Assembly (NCBI GenBank): GCA_021805405.1
Contig: JAJZFK010000254.1
Coordinates: 1-36,485, forward strand
DNA length: 36,485 nucleotides
Source of the DNA: a bacterium
GTDB taxonomy: Bacteria; Armatimonadota; Chthonomonadetes; Chthonomonadales; Chthonomonadaceae
Direction of reading: 5' to 3'
The position numbers were made by a program, and so were the translations under genes. Below are positions 18,301-25,698 of this stretch, one piece after another. The number at the start of each line of letters is the position of its first letter. The stretch's first letter is position 1. The notes under the pieces are model-generated. The model worked only from the letters and a program-made list of their open reading frames with translations, did no database searches and was not told where the DNA came from.

Positions 18301-18793
18301 GGTCGGCATCTGGTTTCCGCTAGGTGGCCGTCGGCTTCTACTGCAAGGGAGCAGCGATGATGGTAGACGAGTGCTGGTTGGCAATCTAAGTATCGCGGAT
18401 GACGCTGGGGCCCTCTCGTTCAACCGTAAGGGAACGGACGTTTCCACAGAGGACTATAGCGTCGCCGACACCAATCCACTCGCAAAGGTAGTCGATTTTG
18501 GGCCGGTAAAGACAAACGGAAGCTTTGCAGCGGTACGAGTTACCAGCACCTTGTGGAAAATACACACCTACCCTCACGGCGATGCATTTAAAGTTGAAGT
18601 GCTGGGTTCTCTCTTTGGCGCAGCACATGGCGCAATACACTTGACAGCAATAGACAGCAATGGAACCAAAATTGGAACAGTACCCGTGCAACGTAACGGT
18701 AAGTGGCTGCGGTTTCAGTTCAATAATACTAGCGAAGAACACGCTTATCTGTTGACGACATCGAGGCTCAATAGCAGATTCGCACGCAAGTAA
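15392..18793 (+). CDS. Secreted 1133-aa multidomain protein of unknown family (possible glycosidase-like central barrel)
   Basis: ATG 15392 follows GAGGGG and opens the signal peptide MIRSFVSTAFVMALVGITSLAARS. The track start TTG 15377 is 5 codons longer. The N-terminal jelly roll is SDGSIFRVFANHRLI...WKRYSLNLSRYAGQKIELEFQTDPG...DYALWGNRRI. The central segment is IFTIIHSWQHGGYDNELPDVMP...RIGVHENYVDYYPN...VLGEGNNHWYWSGLLDGSEAQFG. The C-terminal beta-sandwich is QWPIGTT...VPAGNYHIRVGIWFPLGGRRLLLQG. Confidence 0.75.
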   Translation: MIRSFVSTAFVMALVGITSLAARSMGLPYVPVYRGTTLLDDIGVYAVRYRYFDGRTGSMPPGWTGVFTEDTGIACAPFGTQNGKSAFFLGPIWRGGGSGDTSQVFYLAMPHAPHITLLFNVAMRTDFVGPKFSDGSIFRVFANHRLIMEYYQTTADWKRYSLNLSRYAGQKIELEFQTDPGPKRDPSFDYALWGNRRIICDGGATAGNDIHWPAVANAFTSHATYGAASPLSYGRGGPGLRAAWKPGLTGFLKGISLTVGSFVAIPAISPTFGASVDLVRPDGSIISSTDPSVHITTQVIRPASGSHALAVRKYLFGLQGKTYVLTATAFKPKGNCMKVVVTSASRHIAAVHFGEFGVTLGSDYFPPDYRTNVAVPYYGTVYYLPQYRLFTNVCIDYSLSHASELGSDSATYGQLTNGTRHRVDETVYYAISPQLADVLPTPPNPTSPYRALMSNLTILDNWGNTFDQDRQLLDALGGYGITNIFTIIHSWQHGGYDNELPDVMPPASSLGGLSAMQALVKTAKGLGERIGVHENYVDYYPNAPSYNPAYVALDSDGKPILAWKNLIQSYALSMQHTMPMAEHYDDEIASQLGTNATFEDVCSAVPPWFHVDFNANTKGAGEFHTVIHTFTRLWAMYRAHHDGPVLGEGNNHWYWSGLLDGSEAQFGSGWPQNEGEIAPLAVNFDLLKIHPLQLNHGMGYLERWQSEGYAEGWQTRTMTAKVMDRYRAQEIAYGHSSFVPSQLVNNITYIWQESNLVPPVIKRLAMSPVDSILYRYRHTWRTIEQMTADNALCDRVQVKYKSGLTIQVNGSSGVWRLGTGIDAVILPSSGWRAFGDGIEASTATHSGITTDFVHTARRLFVDARSHYHLGPKQYQVRPSVFLWRPTGPRQFQIQYKWQVGQQLPAGTQVFVHLIAASTNHAAKTDPTGIVEVMDDGLRTSPNQWPIGTTLSKPITITLPQNVPAGNYHIRVGIWFPLGGRRLLLQGSSDDGRRVLVGNLSIADDAGALSFNRKGTDVSTEDYSVADTNPLAKVVDFGPVKTNGSFAAVRVTSTLWKIHTYPHGDAFKVEVLGSLFGAAHGAIHLTAIDSNGTKIGTVPVQRNGKWLRFQFNNTSEEHAYLLTTSRLNSRFARK

Positions 18794-18807
18794 TCCATAA
18801 ACCAAAA

Positions 18808-18850
18808 CGGCGGAATTACTTCACCTCAGGGAGGTGAAGTAATTCCGCCG
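18808..18850. terminator. Bidirectional intrinsic terminator between convergent genes
   Basis: Perfect 20-nt arms CGGCGGAATTACTTCACCTC (18808-18827) and GAGGTGAAGTAATTCCGCCG (18831-18850) around AGG. On the minus strand the hairpin is followed by TTTTGGTTTATGG, a U-tract for the sigma-factor transcript. On the plus strand an A-tract precedes it. Confidence 0.85.
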
Positions 18851-18875
18851 TCACTACGGCAGGATCATCGGAGGA

Positions 18876-19508
18876 TTACGCTGCTCGTAAGGCTACAACC
18901 GCTTCCACGGGCGATATCCGGCGCGCTCTGGTAGAAGATCGACGAACACGCCCTGTAGTTCCAGACTCCATGTGCTTGCGCAACATGACACGGGCTCGAT
19001 GAATACGCGACCTAACAGTTCCGATTGCGCAATCCATCTTCTCGGCTATCTCCTGATACGACCGCTGCTCAACATCGCACAACAGTATGGCCGTCTTATA
19101 GTCGTCAGGTAGGGCCATCAAAGCCTTCTGAAGCTTTTCGTCCATGATAGGGCCGAGGACCAGGTCCTCAGGATTACCGTCTGGTGCGGCAAACTCATGA
19201 GCCAGAGGCTGACCGTCATCGTCACCATGTACTGGAGAATCTAACGAATACATAGGCACTCGCTTCTGTCGACGACGCATGTCAATAACTCGATTGGTAA
19301 TAATTCGGAACAGCCATCCTTCGAAGGACCTGGAAGAATCGTAGCTGTCAAAGTTGTGCCATGCACGAACGTATGCGTCCTGCGTGACATCCTCGGCATC
19401 CGTTGCGTTCCCGGTGAGCCTGTAGGCAAGATTGTACGCACGTCGCTGACTTCGCAGGTAGAGTTTTTCGAATTCTTTCTGATCGGGCACCGCTTCGATG
19501 GTCGTCAT
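18876..19508 (-). CDS. ECF-type (sigma-70 family, regions 2 and 4 only) RNA polymerase sigma factor
   Basis: Region 2 is RAYNLAYRLTGNATDAEDVTQDAYVRAWHNFDSYDSSRSFEGWLFRIITNRVIDMRRRQKR. Region 4 is LPDDYKTAILLCDVEQRSYQEIAEKMDCAIGTVRSRIHRARVMLRKHM. An AGGGAGAAAG SD precedes the ATG. The protein ends in an Arg-rich ~30-aa tail. Confidence 0.9.
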   Translation of the reverse strand: MTTIEAVPDQKEFEKLYLRSQRRAYNLAYRLTGNATDAEDVTQDAYVRAWHNFDSYDSSRSFEGWLFRIITNRVIDMRRRQKRVPMYSLDSPVHGDDDGQPLAHEFAAPDGNPEDLVLGPIMDEKLQKALMALPDDYKTAILLCDVEQRSYQEIAEKMDCAIGTVRSRIHRARVMLRKHMESGTTGRVRRSSTRARRISPVEAVVALRAA

Positions 19509-19620
19509 TTGTCTTTCTCCCTTTCACCACTGCTAGCCCGCAGGCTGCAGCTCCTTTACCAATTCTTCACTTCAGAAATATACGTAACGGCCCGTGGTGG
19601 CCTTACCACCCCGAAACTCG

Positions 19621-19998
19621 CTATTGCTGCTTGGTAGTGTTCATCACCTGATAAATTGCTTCACGTATCACGTCACACCCACTGTCAATCATAACTACCG
19701 CATCTGCTCCAGCACTTACCGCTGCATCCTTCAATTGCTCCAGAGAGCTAACTACGACGACACGAACTTTGCAGTTGCAGCTTTTCAGGCACTTGGTTGC
19801 TTCAATTCCATCCATCCTGGGCATCTGCGCATCCATTAATACAACGTGAGGGCTGTGTTTACGCACCAGTAAAATCGCCTCTAGACCGTTATCGGCCGCC
19901 CACTTCACAGAGAGAATGGGATCAAGTTCCATGGCGCGACGAAGACATTGCCTTATTACGGCATCGTCATTAGCCAGAAGAATGTTGATCGTATTCAT
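19621..19998 (-). CDS. Single-domain response regulator (CheY-like receiver), atypical
   Basis: MNTINILLANDD (acidic pair), VVLMDAQMPRMDG (phospho-acceptor Asp) and VVVVSS (Thr/Ser position). Where CheY has GYVVKP, this protein has DAVVMID, so the invariant Lys aligns with Ile. There is no output domain. ATG 19998 has GGGAGA 11 nt upstream, and the track start at 20055 is probably over-extended. Confidence 0.85.
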   Translation of the reverse strand: MNTINILLANDDAVIRQCLRRAMELDPILSVKWAADNGLEAILLVRKHSPHVVLMDAQMPRMDGIEATKCLKSCNCKVRVVVVSSLEQLKDAAVSAGADAVVMIDSGCDVIREAIYQVMNTTKQQ

Positions 19999-20261
19999 TA
20001 GTGTAGAAATCTCCCGAATGCCAATACATTGATGGATTGCGACTGACAAGAACATTATAGGGCAAAGGGTTAAATCTGTAACCGGGTATGTTACTCATTC
20101 TTACCGGGGTAAATACCCTGAAACTTTGCAAGGGTTTTCCCTGGTGAAATACCGTCATCTTACAGGGATTTCGGGGTTGACGACCTGGTTGATCGGCAGG
20201 TATCCTTGGTCTAGGCGTATCAAACTTTTTACGCGTCAGTTTAAATTCAGGAGGCCTTTTC

Positions 20262-20813
20262 ATGACCGCAATGGTGGGTGCGCCTGCACCCAGTTTCACA
20301 ATGCCAGTTGCTAAGCCCGGCGACACCGCAAAGACTGTTGGAAAAAAAGTAAGCCTTGAGGATTACCGAGGCAAGTGGCTTGTATTCTTCTTCTACCCGC
20401 TTGATTTTACATTTGTGTGCCCCACCGAAATCACAGCGCTTTCCGACAGGATTGAGGACTTCACCGGTATCGGCGCTGAAGTGTTGGGCTGTTCAACGGA
20501 TTCGGTCTTTTCGCACATGGCATGGATGAACACGCCTCGCGACCAGCACGGTCTTGGGGGAATTGAGTATCCGCTGGCATCCGATATCACCAAGTCTGTT
20601 GCCAAAGACTATGGAGTTCTTATTGAGGCAGATGGTATCGCACTCCGCGGTCTGTTCATCATTGACCCCGCGGGTGTCCTGCAGTATGCCGTCGTTAACA
20701 ATCTCAACATTGGACGAAGCACCGATGAGACATTGCGCGTTCTAGAAGCGCTGCAGACCGGCGGCCTCTGCCCAAGTGACTGGAAACCAGGTGCAAAGCT
20801 GCTTGTCGTTTAG
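20262..20813 (+). CDS. Typical 2-Cys peroxiredoxin (AhpC/Prx1 subfamily)
   Basis: AGGAGG SD. Peroxidatic-Cys motif [16 protein letters not shown]. Resolving-Cys motif [11 protein letters not shown] near the C-terminus. Confidence 0.95.
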   Translation: MTAMVGAPAPSFTMPVAKPGDTAKTVGKKVSLEDYRGKWLVFFFYPLDFTFVCPTEITALSDRIEDFTGIGAEVLGCSTDSVFSHMAWMNTPRDQHGLGGIEYPLASDITKSVAKDYGVLIEADGIALRGLFIIDPAGVLQYAVVNNLNIGRSTDETLRVLEALQTGGLCPSDWKPGAKLLVV

Positions 20814-20845
20814 GAATCGTTTCCAGATTAGTACAATCGGAATTT

Positions 20846-20878
20846 CGGCCCGCATCTGCGAAAGCAGTATGCGGGCCG
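20846..20878. terminator. Hairpin terminator between the convergent peroxiredoxin and aldehyde dehydrogenase genes
   Basis: CGGCCCGCATCTGC-GAAA-GCAG(T)ATGCGGGCCG forms a 14-bp stem with one bulged T and a GNRA-type loop. It is followed on the plus strand by TCGGTTTGGTT. Confidence 0.7.
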
Positions 20879-20905
20879 TCGGTTTGGTTACAACCGAACG
20901 AAAGA

Positions 20906-22396
20906 TCAAACATCTATCTGCGCACGCACCAAATCACTACTCTCGCTGTAGTTTATGTAGCAGGACTTCCACTCGGTGCAGTAGTCAGCCGCGTCAAAGC
21001 CTGCTTCCCTGTGGCCGTTGCCCGTATTTCGGGTGCCGCCAAATGGCAATTGAATTTCCGCACCACTGGTTGGCAAGTTCACGTAGACGAGGCCTGCATC
21101 GAGTAAGTCAATGGCTTTAAACGCACGGGAATTGCTGCGCGTGTACACAGAAAGCGAAAGACCGTATTGAGTTCCATTGGCAATTCGAACGGCGTCGTCA
21201 AAGTCTTCAATTTCCATAATCACGGTAACTGGCCCAAATATCTCGGCTTGGGCAATTTCCATCTCGTTATCCACACTACCCAAAACAGTTGGAGCATAAA
21301 AACAGCCATTAGCGTGGGGTAAACCAGTTAATATAGTGCCCCCGCATAACAGAGTCGCTCCAGATTCGATACCCCGTTTAACGTAACTGTGAATCTGCTC
21401 CAGTTGCCGCCTGTTAATGACTGGCCCCACATCGACACTCTCATCTGAAGGCGATCCCACAACCAGCTCGCTAATCTCCCTAAGCAGTCGCTGCTCAAAT
21501 TCTTGCCGTACGTTACGATGGACAATTAAGCGGCTCGCGGCGGTACATCGCTGGCCGGTGGTACCAAACGCGCTCCAGATCGCGCCTTTAACAGCCAGGT
21601 CAAGATCAGCATCGTCTAGAACGATGATGGCGTTTTTGCCGCCCATTTCGCATGAAACGCGGCGCAACTGCGTAGCGCAGCGCTCCATGATCTTCCTTCC
21701 GGTATTGGTACTTCCTGTAAAGGATATGACTGCAACTTGTGGCGCTTCTACCAGTGCACTTCCCACCTCACTGCCCAAACCAGTAATGAGGTTCACTACA
21801 CCTTCTGGAACACCTGCCTGTGCAAGCATCTGTACAAACGCCACAGCGACACCCGGTGTCTCCTCCGACGGTTTAAAAACGACAGTATTGCCTGCAACCA
21901 GTGCAGGAAACATTTTCCATGCAGGGATAGCAACAGGAAAATTCCAGGGGGTAAGCATTCCCACCACACCAACCGGTACCCTGCGCGCGAAACAGGCGAC
22001 CTCGGGTCGCTCACTACCCACGGTATACCCATCTGGAAGTCGACCGAATGTCCCAATGTAAGCTGCCATGTCTATCGCTTCCTGCACATCGCCGCGTGCT
22101 TCCACCAGGACCTTTCCCATTTCTCGCGACATCTGTCGAGCGAGATCCTCCTTGTTAGCGACGAGTATTTCGCCCATACGGTTTATAATCTTACCTCGCG
22201 CGGGAGGTGGCGTTGCCCGCCAAGCCGGGAAGGCAGCGTTTGCGGCGTCAACCGCAAGGGCCACATCGGCAGCACCAGACCGCGCGAAGAGCCCGAGCAC
22301 CTGACTGGTGTCTGCCGGATTTACCGATGTAAACGTTTCGTTGGTAACACTCTGCAACCACTTTCCTGCTATATAATTTGTTGCGCCGTTGTGCAT
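20906..22396 (-). CDS. NAD(P)+ aldehyde dehydrogenase, ALDH7 (alpha-aminoadipic semialdehyde / piperideine-6-carboxylate dehydrogenase)-like
   Basis: ALDH hallmarks are FTGSTNTGRKI, CEMGGKNAII and GQRCTAASRL (catalytic Cys). REMGKVLVEARGDVQEAIDM and the C-terminus VNLPTSGAEIQLPFGGTRNTGNGHREAGFDAADYCTEWKSCYINYS...AQI resemble antiquitin/ALDH7 as I recall it ([45 protein letters not shown]..LAQGI). The subfamily call is from memory (about 0.55) and the superfamily call is secure. Confidence 0.93.
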   Translation of the reverse strand: MHNGATNYIAGKWLQSVTNETFTSVNPADTSQVLGLFARSGAADVALAVDAANAAFPAWRATPPPARGKIINRMGEILVANKEDLARQMSREMGKVLVEARGDVQEAIDMAAYIGTFGRLPDGYTVGSERPEVACFARRVPVGVVGMLTPWNFPVAIPAWKMFPALVAGNTVVFKPSEETPGVAVAFVQMLAQAGVPEGVVNLITGLGSEVGSALVEAPQVAVISFTGSTNTGRKIMERCATQLRRVSCEMGGKNAIIVLDDADLDLAVKGAIWSAFGTTGQRCTAASRLIVHRNVRQEFEQRLLREISELVVGSPSDESVDVGPVINRRQLEQIHSYVKRGIESGATLLCGGTILTGLPHANGCFYAPTVLGSVDNEMEIAQAEIFGPVTVIMEIEDFDDAVRIANGTQYGLSLSVYTRSNSRAFKAIDLLDAGLVYVNLPTSGAEIQLPFGGTRNTGNGHREAGFDAADYCTEWKSCYINYSESSDLVRAQIDV

Positions 22397-22407
22397 TGTC
22401 TTCCTCG

Positions 22408-23865
22408 CTAACCACCATCCAATGTTCGTGCATCCGTCGCCTTAATGATACTGCTTACGCCAGTCTTATTGAAGCCCCGGTACCCATCCCAACGCTGCAG
22501 AATCTCCAGATGGCTGCCTGCTGCACCGGACCGCGTAAAGCTATTCGCCTGCTCCCGTGTAATTGCACCAGATTCCAGCAGCGGCCGGGCACGTTCTGGC
22601 GACACCTGCCACAATTCCGGATTGGTGAACGCCTGTTTAAGCATGGGTAAATCCGTAAACGCTGGCATTATACCGTAGCCGGCTTCAACCATAATGTGAG
22701 TAGCACGTTCAAAATTGAAGACCGCTTCTAAATGATGCATGCCAGCCACACCAATACTGCTACCATGAAGTGCACACCATAGACCAATAGTTTTCAACGT
22801 AGACAGCTGCTTAAGTTCAACCGTATCAAAGTCTACCTCTAGGTCTTCGGTAGCCATGTCCACATCGCAAAACAGCACTACACGACTTACAGGGTGCTCC
22901 ATCACCTGGGCACCCCACCCTGCCTCCGCGCCGGCAAAAAACTTCTCACGACAATAGAATCCCATGCTCGTAAAGAGCTTCATCAGGAGCCAAAACTCGC
23001 TTCGAGCGGACCGGTAGGTGTGGTGATCGTGGTTGGCCCAGCCTATCCCGGCGTCCTGTTGCAGGCGATACTGGAATGAGGCTGCATTGTTGCGTGACAT
23101 GTAGTAGTCGCGTTCCGCCCGAAAAAACTCGTCTGCTGCCCGATCGCGCCCTAACAGCGCAGTTACCTGGCTGGATACTACCTGTGCGCGCGAAATAATC
23201 TGAACGTCGGTTCCTGTTCTGTCGCGACTACTGAGCAGCTCACGTGCATGGGCGAGGCGCTCGCGGAACTCGGAAGTAACCCGTCCTGGACAGCAGCACT
23301 TTTGCCCCTGCCGCACTGCGACACCCACTGCATGACCGTCTAGTACAAACTGAGCCTCGGCGTAACCGCTATCATCGTCTCCTGCGCCGCCCACCACCGC
23401 CCACCCTGTGGAATCCCTAAAGTCACGAATACTCTCCACACGAAGTACAGGCATAGTCATTACGGCTGGGCCCACGAGAACATCCGGAACTGAGGCGCCA
23501 GGATGACACCACTGAATGCCGCAGTCAGTCTCAGCAGGTTCCATGCCAAGCTGGCCCCCTAGCGAGGCCGGGAATTCGGCGAGTGGCAACTTCCAGTGAT
23601 CTACAAGCGCAGTTAGTTCTACTCCAGAGTGCTCAAGAAGCCTGTTTCCAAACTGATCAAGAGTAGGCGATAATCTGCGCAGATCATGCATCCGCGTGTT
23701 GAACCACTCTGCCGCATCTGGACACCTTGGCCACCGTTCGTCGACTTGCACCGTTGTGCACCTCCTGATGTATTGGACCTCATTGAGCGCGTGTACCCCG
23801 GGCTGAGGGTAAATTACAGCGTGTTTCCTATACTTGACCGTACTCAAACTCGAGCGGCAATGCAA
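22408..23865 (-). CDS. Hypothetical enzyme; the C-terminal half resembles DUF1338 / HglS (2-oxoadipate dioxygenase-decarboxylase) family
   Basis: Its TAG lies 11 nt before the ALDH ATG, and the ALDH SD (GAGGAAG) sits in that gap, so the two form an operon. HHTYRSARSEFWLLMKLFTSMGFY aligns by eye with E. coli YdcJ HGAIRVGTAQELATLRRMFAIMGMY. HHLEAVFNFERATHIMVEAGYGIMP aligns with NHLTPRTLDIDRVQSMMPECGIEPK. HLEILQR aligns with GEIEQR. ORF residues 1-58 are Arg/Cys-rich and look non-coding, so ATG 23691 (MHDLRRLSPTLDQF) is a plausible true start. Confidence 0.6.
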   Translation of the reverse strand: MHCRSSLSTVKYRKHAVIYPQPGVHALNEVQYIRRCTTVQVDERWPRCPDAAEWFNTRMHDLRRLSPTLDQFGNRLLEHSGVELTALVDHWKLPLAEFPASLGGQLGMEPAETDCGIQWCHPGASVPDVLVGPAVMTMPVLRVESIRDFRDSTGWAVVGGAGDDDSGYAEAQFVLDGHAVGVAVRQGQKCCCPGRVTSEFRERLAHARELLSSRDRTGTDVQIISRAQVVSSQVTALLGRDRAADEFFRAERDYYMSRNNAASFQYRLQQDAGIGWANHDHHTYRSARSEFWLLMKLFTSMGFYCREKFFAGAEAGWGAQVMEHPVSRVVLFCDVDMATEDLEVDFDTVELKQLSTLKTIGLWCALHGSSIGVAGMHHLEAVFNFERATHIMVEAGYGIMPAFTDLPMLKQAFTNPELWQVSPERARPLLESGAITREQANSFTRSGAAGSHLEILQRWDGYRGFNKTGVSSIIKATDARTLDGG

Positions 23866-23945
23866 TTAATTGCGCAATACTTTCCTACTCATGCATATTT
23901 AACCCCAAAATGTTCATATTAACGAATTGCGCCCTACGAATCATA

Positions 23946-23977
23946 ACGCCGAAGTCCACTGCATGTGACTTCGGCGT
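23946..23977 (-). terminator. Hairpin terminator downstream of the small lipoprotein gene
   Basis: Perfect 11-bp arms ACGCCGAAGTC and GACTTCGGCGT with a 10-nt loop, 29 nt past the lipoprotein stop. On the minus strand it is followed by TATGATT. Confidence 0.65.
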
Positions 23978-24005
23978 AACACTCAACTAGGTTGTTCTTG
24001 GATGA

Positions 24006-24290
24006 CTAGCGTCCCTGGCGGTTTGGCCCCGGGCTAGATATGACGCCGGAAGCGCCCGTGCCAAGAATCTGGGTGGAAGAACCGCTGTGTTTAATTACCG
24101 GGCCCTCCACACTCTTGCTGCCAACACCTGTACCGGTATCGGCGAGAGCAGTTGAATAACCTGCATCTTGTTTGATAATGCCACTTTCTGGCCCGGGCAC
24201 GGTATGTGGAATCTGGAACACGTCACAGCCACTGAGTGGAACGGCGGTCGCAATCATGAGAACAGCTGCCACACGCTTCTTCAATTGCAT
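24006..24290 (-). CDS. Small lipoprotein (94 aa), Gly/Ser/Thr-rich
   Basis: AAGGGAG SD. Signal peptide with lipobox MQLKKRVAAVLMIATAVPLSG-C. The mature part is low-complexity, G/S/T/P-rich. Confidence 0.7.
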   Translation of the reverse strand: MQLKKRVAAVLMIATAVPLSGCDVFQIPHTVPGPESGIIKQDAGYSTALADTGTGVGSKSVEGPVIKHSGSSTQILGTGASGVISSPGPNRQGR

Positions 24291-24570
24291 TAACTAAACT
24301 CCCTTTTACGACACTTCAGCAAGATTGATGGCTTATACCACACACCCTTTAGCTGACAGAAACCAAGTAACCTATTGTAGCCCGAATGCATCCGTTTTTG
24401 CAACGCTGGGCGGCAACGAACCTTAATTCAGTCGCTACTCATTTGTGAACCGACCAGAAAGTTCCGGTAGACGCAACCTAGGTAGCTCAATTAATTTACA
24501 ATGAGAACCTGACTATAACGTGTATGGTGCAACACTTCATCGCTACCGAAGTGTGCCTCTGAATTATCGG

Positions 24571-25605
24571 TTATTTCTGCTGTAACGCAAGCACCGCAAA
24601 ACTAGTGGCTGCATCACGCATAAACTTACCTTCCATCGATTTGGGATCCCGCATGCCGTTTATATAGTTTGCTGGCCATGAACCATTGTGCTCGTGCGCA
24701 GAAAGCCACTGCACCCCCATAGCCACCGTGTGTTTTGAAGCGGGTAGCGCCAACCGTTTAAGCGTTAACACGATGAGACCTGTGGCGTATCCATCACTCG
24801 TGGAATCGTTCGGATAAAATCCTGGGCTGCCCCACTGGCTCGGCTGCTGTCCAACAGTTCCCAGGCTGTGCAGACTCCAGCCGCCATCGGTGTTTTGAAT
24901 AGCTGCCAACCGCTGCACGATTCCTGCTTGTTGATCCCGCGTTAGAATCCCCGGCAGCCACGTGGAAGCCAGCAGACAGACAGTAGCATCGTGCAACCGT
25001 ACCGTATTAATGCTATGCTTCAGGTATGCGCGTAGGGCCGTTACATTAGGCCGCACGGCGGGGCTGTCATAATATGCTGGGCCCGCCATCCCTACTGCAA
25101 TTCCTGCAAGTGCGGCACCGTAGTAGACTCCATCATGCTCCCAGGGACTTAAACCAAACTCTAGCCACTGCCACGACCCATCCGGCTGCTGCTGCTGCCA
25201 GAGGTACTTCAACGCCTGCCTTGTGGAATTCGGCAGTACCTTTGCACTCCTGCTGCGTTCGAAATTTGTTAAAACGAGCGCATTCATTACAGACTCAGTT
25301 CCCAATGAGGAGGGCTGTTTGTCACCGTAGAAGCATTGCGCAGCCCCTGCCTGCCAGCCGTGCGTCGACGATATGGTATTCCAATCTGCCACCCTGTGTT
25401 CAACATCGGTAACAAGGAGCTCTTCCGCACTCTTAGCCTGATCGCCACCCGCGGAACGGGACAATGCGGCCAATGAGAGGGAGAGCGGAAGCCCGGTATG
25501 GCAGGAAATACACGCCGTACCGTTACCTCGTGCAGACCCACTCCAGCTTAGCCATGCACTCGCTCGTCCTGCAAGATAAGTCGCAGCCTTCGCCCTGTTC
25601 CACAC
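24571..25605 (-). CDS. Terpenoid-cyclase / prenyltransferase-like alpha-alpha toroid repeat protein with an N-terminal CXXCH motif (mature part; see the interrupted signal peptide upstream)
   Basis: Repeats of the squalene-cyclase/prenyltransferase type are present: YLWQQQQPDGSWQW, AAIQNTDGGWSL and WLSAHEHNGSWPA. A CISCH (CXXCH) motif lies near the N-terminus. The called GTG start has no SD and no signal peptide. Confidence 0.75.
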   Translation of the reverse strand: MWNRAKAATYLAGRASAWLSWSGSARGNGTACISCHTGLPLSLSLAALSRSAGGDQAKSAEELLVTDVEHRVADWNTISSTHGWQAGAAQCFYGDKQPSSLGTESVMNALVLTNFERSRSAKVLPNSTRQALKYLWQQQQPDGSWQWLEFGLSPWEHDGVYYGAALAGIAVGMAGPAYYDSPAVRPNVTALRAYLKHSINTVRLHDATVCLLASTWLPGILTRDQQAGIVQRLAAIQNTDGGWSLHSLGTVGQQPSQWGSPGFYPNDSTSDGYATGLIVLTLKRLALPASKHTVAMGVQWLSAHEHNGSWPANYINGMRDPKSMEGKFMRDAATSFAVLALQQK

Positions 25606-25620
25606 AGGAATGGCGACTAC

Positions 25621-25698
25621 TCATCGAACAGGCGAACTGCCAGCCAGGATAGCGAGTGTGACGAAGCCGCAAACCAGCCCAGTAGCCAGATTTCGCAT
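25621..25698 (-). other. Orphan signal-peptide mini-ORF, in frame with the downstream toroid-repeat gene and ended by TGA
   Basis: GGAGG (25704-25708) lies 5 nt before ATG 25698. The ORF reads MRNLATGLVCGFVTLAILAGSSPVR, then TGA (25623-25621). Five further sense codons (VVAIP) lead into GTG 25605 in the same frame. Confidence 0.6.

Noticed and set aside
24481-24530. tRNA-like fragment GGTAGCTCAAT
   Set aside because: It resembles only a D-arm. There is no acceptor-stem complement, no anticodon arm and no GGTTCGAAT-type T-arm, so it is not a tRNA.
25621-25623. Selenocysteine as the explanation for the in-frame TGA
   Set aside because: It is kept as something to test but judged unlikely. The codon sits at the signal-peptide/mature junction rather than in a redox CxxU-type context, and the only downstream hairpin is a 5-bp stem. 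A nonsense mutation or sequencing error is the simpler explanation.
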